Assembly (NCBI RefSeq): GCF_000143415.4
Contig: NW_003314379.1
Span: 310,001-374,000, forward strand
Direction: 5' to 3'
DNA: 64,000 bases
Source of the DNA: Selaginella moellendorffii
Taxonomy: Eukaryota; Plantae; Lycopodiophyta
How positions within the stretch are numbered: the first letter of the stretch is position 1; every line of letters begins with the position of its first letter. The position numbers and the translations under genes were made by a program. The notes beneath the pieces were generated by a model that saw only the letters and a list, made by a program, of their open reading frames with translations, was not told where the DNA came from and made no database searches. Positions 38,900 through 49,425 of the stretch are shown piece after piece.

Positions 38900-41800
38900 G
38901 ATCGTAATCTTGAGTGTCAAGGTCGTAATCTTGACTGTCAAAAAAATGCTCAAATGCATGCTTAATCTATTGTACTTCACTCTCCCACGACTGAACAAAA
39001 CTTCATCTCAAAGCTCCTACTGCTCCATTGTATCAGTTAGCTTTGTTGGCACTGAATTTCCTATGAGTTTGACTTTGAATTTGTTGAGTTGCTAATGGAA
39101 CTCTTCATCATCATCATTCCCCTCGTTGTACTTGCTTTCATTGTTGTCTTCCATTACTACAGGCTGCTTTGCCGTCAGAATGGGGATCTCACTACAAAGG
39201 TCTACATTTTCTTTAGCGAGCTTGTCGTTGATGCATTGTGTCTCTGCACATAGTATCCCCTAGAAGGACATACCTCAAATGCTCCTTTTGAGCTGCTGGA
39301 TGTCGCTTTGGATCTTGTTGAGCTTTGCGTCCAGGGGCTGGAAGACAACTACGTTGATCATGGCCTATACTCCGTTGTGTAGAAAGATGCTCATCTATTC
39401 GTCATGGAACTGTCATGCGAAGTCCAGCAGGATTGGCATCTGCAGCGTTGGCTGGAAGTGTTGGACTTCATCAACAATCTAGAGGAACACTGAGCTGAGC
39501 AGCTTGTGTGGCAACTCTGGTTCATGTTGTCACTCTTGCTTTGGCTCCCTGCATCATTCCTGGTCTGGACGCTCCTTGCTGTGGTGCTCTTAGTGCTAAG
39601 GCATAGTGCTGTTGTCAATTGGCACTTTTGCAGGTGGGGATGCTGGCCCTTCTTTCTTGGTGTGAATTGCTACACCATTGGTCGGGGTGGTTGTGGAGTC
39701 AAGATTGATTTCTTGATTTTGTTCTTGACTCTTTTCCTCCAATTCTTCCTTGGAGATGATGCTTTTGATTTGGCTTATGGTCGTCCTGTTCTTTGGGGGT
39801 GAACCTGTTGTCATCTTGGTTCTTTTTGCTAGTGGAGTTGTTGTCCGTGGCAAAAGCTCTTTTTTGTCCTCTTGTTCTTCCTCCTCTTCATCTTCTTCAT
39901 TGGATATATGGAGCAGATCCTCTCTTCTTTTCGACGCACATTCCCACTTTCTTCTAGTTTGTGGTGTTGTCATAGGTACTTTCACTCTGAGTGGAAATGC
40001 TGAGTCAAGAGCTAGCACAAATGCAGCAACATAGGGGAGTGCAAGTGTTTCACATTTCTAGTTGTTGTGGATCAGTTTTGTTGTTGAGTAGATTTCCTTG
40101 ATGAGTTTTTTGTGGAGGTAGCTTGTGATGTTCACTTTGATTTTGTGTTGCAAGTTGTCATAGAGGATTGCAATGGCTTTGCTGGCAGAGCTACTTGACT
40201 TGCACATCTCAAGAGTTGAGATGAAAAACTTGAGCCTTGGCTTTGCCTCATCGGTGATGTTGCTAGAGTTGTAATTCTCAATGATCTTGATGCATCCCAG
40301 TGGCATCCCTTTTGTTTGCGACACAAATGTGACTTGCTTTCTGCTGTTTGGAAGCTTGAATACCCATGTGATGTAGCCCATGGTGAAAATATATTTGTAT
40401 ATAGACGGATAGTCCTAAGGGGCAAAAGGTAACCCACAGAAAACAGAAAACAATCAAGTGTTGGAATAACACTTGCAAAGATGGTCCTTATGAGTAGGAC
40501 ATGAATACATGAAGTTGTATTCCAATGAGCTGGCACCTAAAAAATAGAAGTTTATGAGTCATTGGTAAAAAAATGTTAGATTACTCAAGTAGAGTCAAGG
40601 AATGGTTTTAAGGGATTGATAAAAGCATTTGGACTGAGGTGTGTTGTGCCCCACAAAGGATAGGGAGGATTATAAGATCCAAGTATGAGAACAGTGGGTG
40701 TTCTTGGGCACACACCATTTCTTCTCGAAAAGTTGAAAGCATTTGCTTTGCAATGTTAATCTTGTACTATTTCTTCATGATGCAGGAAAACTCATAGAGG
40801 CTAGCCTCATGCAGCCAGTCATCTAATGCCCTTGTCCTCTTCTATGCTAGATTATAGGCGAAGAAGAGATTTGCACTCTCTGGACTCACCATTGTTGGCT
40901 CAAAGACAAACTCCTTTGTGAGAGGGTGTGTTGCCATACTACGTTGCTTCCCCATAGCTGTTGTAGATCCTGATCTCAATACTTGGAGATATAGCCACAT
41001 GGAGTGTTAAGTACTAGCTTCCTTGAGTTTTCTCTTTGTTGGTGTAGTAGTGTTGGAGAAGCTTACTTCGTGTTGGTCTTTGGTATGTTTGTTGATGAAT
41101 CTTGAGAGATTCATTGGCCTCTAAGTCTTGTTTTCTGTCAAAGTTCTTCAAGTTGTTGTTTTTTTTCATATTGCTTTCTTGAGCATGATTCTTCAAAGTC
41201 TTTCTTGTGTTGGATTTGTATTTCTTGATTGTGTTGAGTTCTTGAGCTTGAACTTTGTAAACTTTGAATATGTTGAATTCTTGAGGTCAAGTTTTCATAG
41301 TCTTGGTCTCTTGATCTTCATACTTGTAGTTCTTCTATGTTTTGTTCTTGATCTTCAAAGTTGAAACTATCATTTTTTTCAATGTCTGATGTTTGAGTTG
41401 TATAATTGGTATTTCTTGAGTTTGTTGAGGTTGACGGTTTGGAGATGCTGGCCATTGAGTGTTGCAATTGCTGCTTTTCTTGAAACTCTAAATTTTTGGA
41501 TGAAGAATGGTCCTTCCCATCTTGACTTCACTTTAGAGCCAATTTTCTCGATGTTTCTTTGAAACCAAAGTACTTAATCATTGATCTTGAATTCTTTATT
41601 TTTCTTTAGTCTTCTTTTTCTATCATGGTTGGCTTTTCTTTGAGCTTGAATTGTTTCGAGTGTCTAAATTGCTTGTAGTATTTTTTTGTCAAGTTTTTCT
41701 AGCATTGTTAATCTTTTCTTGATTGATTCTTTTTGGTTGCTCTCATAGTGTATTGTCATTCGCAATGAAGGAACGATGTATTCGAGTGGTATCAGGGCTT

Positions 41801-41962
41801 CTATGCCATAAGTGAGCTTGAACAATGTCGCAATGAAGGAACGATGTATTCGAGTGGTGTCAGGGCTTCTATGCCATAAGTGAGCTTGAACGATGTCGAA
41901 TTTGTTGAAACCTTATATGCTATTTGATATGCCTATAGGGCATCGTAGATGCAATTGTCCTG
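38900..41962 (-). mobile_element. 3' part of an old non-chromovirus Ty3/gypsy element (Athila/Tat-like): integrase C-terminus plus a long downstream region with decayed ORFs
   Basis: AYQIAYKVSTNSTSFKLTYGIEALTPLEYIVPSLR and WEGPFFIQK (GPY/F motif) on the - strand. A 68-bp tandem duplication lies at 41761-41896. Charged or coiled-coil ORF remnants at 39000-40380. Confidence 0.6.
40400..40700 (+). mobile_element. LTR-less internal fragment of LARD family A
   Basis: TAGTCCTAAGGGGCAAAAGG...AATCAAGTG...GCATTTGGACTGAGGTGTGTTGT matches about 57525-57820. Confidence 0.7.
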
Positions 41963-42484
41963 TGTAAGCTCCTAAGTTTAGATTTCCTGGGAGGTCACCC
42001 AACCCAGTACTATTCAAACCCAAGGACATTTAACCCCAAATATCCCAAGACCCTTAACCGATTGGAAAAGGGGGTGCACTCTTGTTCATAGGCCCTTTCC
42101 CTCTATATTTGAACCCCAACGGATCGTCTCTCGAGTCGTTCCCTTTGGTTGCTTACAATCCACTATGCTTCCCTGCAAGTTCACGCCCTTGTGAACGGAA
42201 GCTGAGAGTTGTAGCTCTCCCGAGAGCCCCACTCTCTTGACACCCTACCCCTTGGGTCGAGCCCAGCGGGAGCAAATTGAACCAGCCAGATGTCAATCAA
42301 CATGTGGTGTGATTCCCCTAGCCAACCAACAGAGTCGGACCTGAGACCCCTCTGATACCAAATGTAAGCTCCTGAGTTTGGACTTCCCGAGAGGTCACCC
42401 AGCCCAATACTATTCAAACCCAAGGACGCATAACTTCAACTATCCCAAGACCCTTAACCGATTGGAAAAGGGGGTGCACTCTTT
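41963..42484 (-). mobile_element. Cassandra-like TRIM module (LTR-PBS-internal-PPT-LTR) forming most of the 3' LTR of element B
   Basis: 195-bp LTR at 41963-42157, internal region 42158-42362 with PBS TGGTATCAGAG, and a second LTR from 42363. Each LTR carries a 5S rRNA-like segment. Confidence 0.85.
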
Positions 42485-42950
42485 GTCATTTTGGTTATGC
42501 TTTTGGGGATCCTTTAGCCTACAACACCTCGGGGAGTCGGTTCCTTACAACTCCACCACCCATAAAAGAAGTTCGATGCCCACATCGAACGTCTCTTTTT
42601 ATCCTACAACTTGTTGACCATGTCTCCGGGGGCATCCCCCCACTTAGCGGTGTGCCTAAGTTAGCCTCCCTAGCCAAGAGCCCATAACAACGGAGTATAG
42701 ATGTCCCTATACTCCTCACCTCACCACGCCCTAGTATGGGGTCGGGACTTGAACCCAGCCTTGCTTTACTAGGGGGTTGGGACTTGAACCCAACCTCCAT
42801 AGAATATGTCTACGGATTCGACATCCCCGCGGGGAGTCGGGCGTAGTGCCTTACGCCTGGTCGACCTAGCTAACCCATGCTAATTAGCTTACCTTCGGCG
42901 CACCTTCGGGTCCCAACATATGCCATTGCTCAACTTCACAAATTGATACT

Positions 42951-45900
42951 TTAATTGAACTTTGCATAAGTATATAGAGTTTTGCCTTGCAGAAATTCCT
43001 CTACTAGATCTCGCGCGTTCGCTAGGTTCTCCTCCGGTTCCCATGTTGCTTCGCAGTGTGGAAATCCTTTCCACTTCACATGGAACTCTCTCACCTCGTG
43101 TTCTTGTCGCTTGCTCTTGCGCGCATTGAGGATGACCTCGACTTCGTATTCCTCTTCCCCTTGGATAACCTCAGATAAAGGTCTTACTTGGTCCTTGCGA
43201 AGCGGATCCTCAAAGTACGGCTTGAGTAAGTTCATGTGGAACACTGGGTGCATCTTCTCCATCTCTCGAGGAAGTCAGAGTCGGTAAGCCACTTTACCCA
43301 TTCGTGCCTCAATCTTGTAAGGCCCCGCGAACTTGCTTAAGGAACTCAAGATCAATTCATTTACAGGAATACATGTGTTTTTACCTTTGGGTCAACTTTT
43401 GGTTGATCCCACTTGGTAGCCTGAGGTTCTTGGTGTTCAGCCACACTTCTCCCCAGCTTGGAACTCTACGTTCTGGCGCTTCTGGTTCGCGTACTTGGTT
43501 TGCCTTTGTTGCGCCCGTTCCAAGGAATCCCTCACCAGATTCCAAATGTTGAGTCTTTCTGCCATGAATGCCTCCATTGCGGGTAGCTCTCCATGATACT
43601 TGGCCACACCGAGTTCCACAGGACCTTCAATAGCTCACCCATTGATGACTTCCCATGGACTCACCCCGATACTCGAATGTGGTGAGTTGTTATAACACAT
43701 TTCTGCAAGTCCCAAATGACTTACCCAATCGGTCTGGTCTCCCAAGACATAGCATCGCAAATAATCCTCCAGCTGCCTATTCACCCTTTCCGTTTGTCCG
43801 TCTGTCAAGAAGTGTTAGTGCCACCAAACTTGACTTAATACCCCATACCTATTTGTGGGTGATAGGTTGTGCTGAATTTCAACTTGGTGCGATACTGTTC
43901 CAGGAGAGTCCTCTAGAACCTACTAGTGAAGATTTTATCTCGATCTGATATTATCTCTTCCGGCCTTCCCCGCACTCGAACCACTTGTTCAAAGAACAGC
44001 TTTGCCACACCTTCCGCATCCACTTCCGTTGTGGTGGGTATGAAATGTGCCATTTTCGAAAATCAATTCACCACCATGAATATCGCATCAAACCCCTTGC
44101 TTGGGGGAAGTCCCGTGATGAAGTCCATCGTAAGACATTTCCACAAACGATCTGGAATTGGGATGCTTTGCAACAAGCCCCCACTAGCCTTAGTCATGGC
44201 TTTGACCTGCTGACATGTTGGACATGTCTTTACATAGTCTTGGACGTCCTTAACCATATCTGGCCAATGGTACTTCCTTTTGAGTAAGCCCATCGTCTTG
44301 GGCACTCCGCCATGTCCCGCAAGAGGTCCGTCATGACACTCTTCTAAGGCTACCTTCCTTAGTTCCCCTTCTGGAACATACACCCTCGTTTGCTTCTATA
44401 GATGAGTCCGTTGCATTCCACATAGCCCGTTTTCTCTTCCGTTGGCAGCTCACCTCTCTGGTGAGCTTCTCGTGCCTCTAGATTCCTTAGCAACACTTCT
44501 TGTGCTAGACCATCGTTCTCATATGCTGTCCGCACATCGTCCCAGAAGGTTGTTGTTGCGCTAGATATCACCAACCTTAAGCTTGCTTTTCGACTTAGCG
44601 CATCCGCCACAATGTTGCTCTTCCCAGGCTTGTACAGAATCTCGCAATCAAACTCAGCCAAGGCATTGGCCCACCGACCTTGTTTCCCTCTCAGATAAGA
44701 AGTGTGACAAGAAGTGTTTCGTTGCCACATTATCTGTGTAAACCTTGAAGTGTCTCCCAAGGTAGTGTCGCCACTCCTTGAGCGCATTGACCACCGCAAA
44801 CAATTCCTTCTTGTGGGCAGGCCACTTTCGTTGAGCCTTGTCCAACTTCTTTGAGAAGAACGCTACTGGATGGTTGTCTTGCTTCAAAACTGTGCCTAAC
44901 GCAAAGTCTAAAGCATTCGTTTCTACCTCTAAGTTCTTACCAAAGTCTGGTAATGCCAACACGGGAGCCTTCCTCAACTTCCCTTTGAGGTGGACGAATG
45001 CCGCCTCGCATTCCACTATCCATACCATCTTCCCTTTTCCTGTTTGGTCCGTTAAGGGCAGGGCTACTCTCGAATAGTGTCTGATAAACTTTCCGTAGTA
45101 GTTGCATAGCCCCAACAACGCCCTCAACTCATGTACATTCGATGGTCGCTCCCATTCCTGGATCGCTTGGATCTTCTCCGGGTCCACCTTGAGCCCGTCC
45201 TGGCCCACCATATGCCCAAGAAACTTTACCTCTTGTTGAGCAAAGTCACATTTGCTCTCTTTAGCATACAGTTTGTGTTCCCTTAGTTTCTCAAACACCT
45301 TCGCCAAGTGTTCGGCATGCTCCTCTAGCGTCTCGCTATAGATCAGGATGTCATCGATATAGACGACCACGAAGTGATTTAGATAGGGTACAAAGATGTG
45401 GTTCATCAGTGCCGAAAATGTTGCTGGCGCATTGCATAGCCCAAAGGGCATCACCAGAAACTCAAAGCTCCCATACCTCGTTCGACAGGTTGTCTTCTCG
45501 ACATCTTCTTCGGCTACCCGATCTGGTAGTATCCTGACCTTAGGTCAATCCTTGAGAAATATTTTGCCTTTCCCAACCTATCAAATAGGTCCTCAATTAT
45601 TGGCAAAGGGTACTTGTTCTTCTTTGCATACTTGTTGAGCAACCGGTAGTCTATGCATATGCGCATAGAACCATCTTTCTTTTTCACAAATAACACCGGC
45701 ACCCCATACGGCGACAACCTAACATACCCTTTGTCCACTAACTCCTCTAGTTGGCACTTGAGCTCCTTGAGTTCTTTTTCGTTCAAACGATAGGGGGGAC
45801 AAACCACCGCCTCAGCACCCTCGACTAGCTCAATCTTATGTTCTATTGGTCGTGCGTGGGCAACCCCGCCGGTAGCTCCTCCGACATGGTATTCTGGAAT

Positions 45901-47704
45901 TGGTCCAACACCCGCTGAATCACTAAAGGTACTTCTTCCGTTCCTGTCTTTTTGTCACTCTTTACCGAGAGTAAGCACAAAAACGCTGCCTTAGTTCCTT
46001 TAGTGAGTTGTCCTCTCGTGGACACCAGATTTAAGTAGGAATCTTTGGCCTTGCTTTGCCCTACCTTTAGATCCTGGGCCTCCACCCTAGATCTTCTTCC
46101 TTGGGCATTCGCCAATACCACAAGGTTCCTACCTTGTCCATGCATGGCTACCACAAACCGATTGAACCAATCCATTCCAAATATCACGTCAAATCCCGCC
46201 ATGTCCAACACGGTGAAATCCATGTCTACTTTCCATGTCCCTACTTCGACTCTCGCTTGTCGAAGTACCTCATCGGTGCTTTGGCTACCTTGAACAAACT
46301 CTATAGTCCTTGGTTCACCTAGCCGCTGCACCGTTAGTCCGGCTTGCTGGACTATGTCTGCAGCCACAAAATTATCCGAAGCACTTGTGTCAATAAGGAT
46401 CTTAACAAAGCTAAATCTGAGCTTCCCTCGGAGGGCTAGTAGATGTCGCAAACGACTCTCTACCAAAGTTGCTCGTGTAATGAGTAACTTTGAGTTAGGG
46501 ACTGGATCACATACCTCAGTTTGGACTTCACCCGAGTTGATGGCCATATTGGCTCTGGCCTTCTTCGGGTAGGGACATTCCCTCGAAAAGTGTCCCGCTT
46601 CACCGCAATTGTAGCATACGTTGTTTCCCACGCTGCTATATGACTTGACCTTCTCATCCGTGGGTTTGTCTCTTTTTGCTTGACTCCCCCACGTACTCGC
46701 TCGCTGGCCACCGGATTTGCCTTTCCGGAACCTCGAGGACTCATTCTTAGAGAAACTCTTCTTGAATTTCCCCCTGCTATACGTTCCCCTTGGTTTGGCC
46801 CCTTTGCTAAATGTGGATCTTGACCCCGTCGTGTTCCCCTTTCGCAGGTTATCGTTGAAATGCACCTTGATGGCCGCATCCAACGCTTCCTTGTAGTTGG
46901 TCAGGTTCCACCGCATCACCTCATTGCGAGCCCAGGTTTGCAAACCTGATATGAAGGCATGGAACGCATCCATATCCCTCATGTCTGTCACAAGTATCCT
47001 CTTTGCCATAAACCCATTCACATACTCCTAAATGGTTCTGGTCTGTTTCAGCCTACTCAGCTAGTCCCTTAGATGCAAGGTAGCATTCGGAGGAACGTAA
47101 GTCGTGCGGATCCTCGCCTTCATCATTTCCCAAGTGGCCACCGGTCCTTTGTTAGCCTCTGTCGTTCTCCACCAAGACTTGGCATTATCTGCCAAGTATG
47201 GTTTTGCACATGGGACCTTCTCTGAGCTTGGTAACCGCAACGCTCGGAAGTAGTCCTCCATATCGTAAAACCAATCCTCCACCACTTTATAGTCGTTCAC
47301 TCCCTTGAAGACCGGTGGGGGCTTTGGTTTGTACTTGGGAACTACCTAAGGGATTGATTCCACTTCGGTTTGTTTCGACCTTGTCTAGTCCCTGCCAAAG
47401 GGTCTGCACCTTCTGCGCTGCCAGCATCTGCAGTCTTTCGCTTTTTCTTCCACCTCTCGTCACGCTTTAGCTTGCGTACGAGAGTCTCTAGCAGGGCATT
47501 GGTCTACGCCAATTGTCCTTCTAGAACGTCCAATCAAGCCTTGGACAACCAAACCTCGCCACCGGACTCCTGTTTGGAAGTTTCCTCACTAGAGTCCTCC
47601 TCATACAAGGATTCCTCATCCATAGCCTTTTGTTCGACCGGAGGCTCCAGCTCTGGCGGAGGCTCTGTCTCCACCTGGGTTCGCTTAAGCCCTGCCTTTG
47701 CCAT
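42951..47704 (-). pseudogene. gag-pol of chromovirus copy B (few disabling lesions)
   Basis: Start MAKAGLKRTQVETEPPPELEPP, knuckle CYNCGEAGHFSREC, protease [31 protein letters not shown] (CHDGPLAGHGG...CPTCQ) and chromodomain EEYEVEVILNARK...VKWKGFPHCEATWEPEENL. Confidence 0.93.
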
Positions 47705-48819
47705 CCGTCTCCACCTGGGTTCGCTTACACCCTGCCTTTGCCATCTCCCTGCAATCCACCTCTATCCTTCGTTAGAACTGAGGAAAAGGCTCCGATACCA
47801 AATGTAAGCTCCTGAGTGTAAGCGACTAAATTTTCCATTCTACTTTAGTCACTTAACCACACTTCCAACCACTTGGAGGAGTCTCACTCACAACCTCCAT
47901 AAGTCCTATTTCAGACTTGGGCTTGCTAGCCCCAAGAATGGCATCCCCGCCACTCAACCTTTGCACTTGATCCAAGTGCTCCATGTGTCCGATCCCATAA
48001 CCGACACCCCAAGGTACCACCAACATATCAACCCGTTACGCTAAGGCCATGCCCCTTTACCCTGGTCACACCGGTGGTCTAACACCACCTACATCACAGT
48101 CCCATCTCTCAAGGACTGGGCCATCCGTCCATGAGTGATCATTCCAGATCCACTCCTTAGCATCCTTAGGATGCCCACAGACATGGGGAATAGCCTTCCC
48201 CAATATCCCTTTTCTGGTCTTCACCAAATCCCTTTCTGCCCATGGCCGTGTTCGCCAACACTGCCACTAGATCAAGGCCCACAGGCCCGACCACTAAGTC
48301 CCACGGTCCTCTGGGACTTCCTCACCACACGACTGTGTCCTTGGTCACTACCCCAGAGGACTGCTCCTCTTCCTTTCCACAGTCTGGGCCTTTGGGACAA
48401 CATTTCGGAACACCGTGGCCTTACGCGAGCCACCTGGGTACTCTCCCCGCCTTCCGCCCTTGGGTGCTCTAGCCATGGGCTTAGAGCGAGGTTCCGTTGA
48501 GCCACGCCTGGTATCCAAGTAGGTAGTGCCACCCACACTTGGAGTGGGAGCATCGGCCAGTCGATCTCCCGGGGGAACCAGAGCCGGCTCTTGAACACTT
48601 CACCAAGCTACCCCGCTTGTCGGTCCGTGTTCACTCTAGTCTTGGACTTCCCAGTGGGCAGCTCATCACCCAACACTGGGTCCGGCCTTCCTGGGCCAAA
48701 CTGGCCTTTCCTGGCCAAACTGGCTCCACCACAGTCCTCCCCCTACTATACTTTTGGAGCTCACCAAACCCCCCAGGGTCTGGGAGACGAACGCTTTGGG
48801 CTTTCACCCTCTCATGCTC

Positions 48820-49425
48820 CGGATTCGGACTCGGACTCGGACTCGGACTCGGACTCGGACTCGGACTCGGACTCAGACTCGGATTCGGACTCGGACTCGG
48901 ACTTGGGCTCGGCCTCGGTCTCGGTCTCGGTCCCGATCTCGGTCTCGGTCTCGGTCCCGATCTCGGTCTCGGTCCCGGTCTCGGTCTTGGTCTCGGTCTC
49001 GACTTCGGACTCCATCTCGGGTCCATCTCAGACTCCATCTTGGACTCCATCTCGAACTCCATCTCGGGTCCACCTCGGACTCCACCTTGGACTCCATGTC
49101 GGGTCCACCTCGGACTCCACCTCAGACTCCATCTCGGGTCCATCTCGGACTCCATCTCGGACTCCACCTCGGACTCCACCTCGGACTCCATATCGGGTCC
49201 ATCTCGGACTCCATCTCGGACTCCATTTTGGGTCCATCTCGGGTCCACCTCGGACTCCACCTCGGACTCCATCTCGGGCTCCATATCGGGTCCATCTCGG
49301 ACTCCATATCGGGTCCATCTCGGACTCCATCTCGGGTCCATCTCGGACTCCATCTCGGACTCCACCTCGGACTCCATATCGGGTCCATCTCGGACTCCAT
49401 TTTCGGTCCATCTCGGGTCCACCTT
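48820..49425. repeat. 6-bp/12-bp tandem repeat array inside the family A LTR (GACTCG, GTCTCG, then GACTCCATCTCG variants)
   Basis: Directly visible. Equivalent arrays lie at 54810-55038, 55270-55970, 61270-61815, 62823-63290, 26540-26950, 24900-25060 and 11780-12030, with related arrays in the C LTRs (13490-13735, 19680-20320). Confidence 0.95.
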
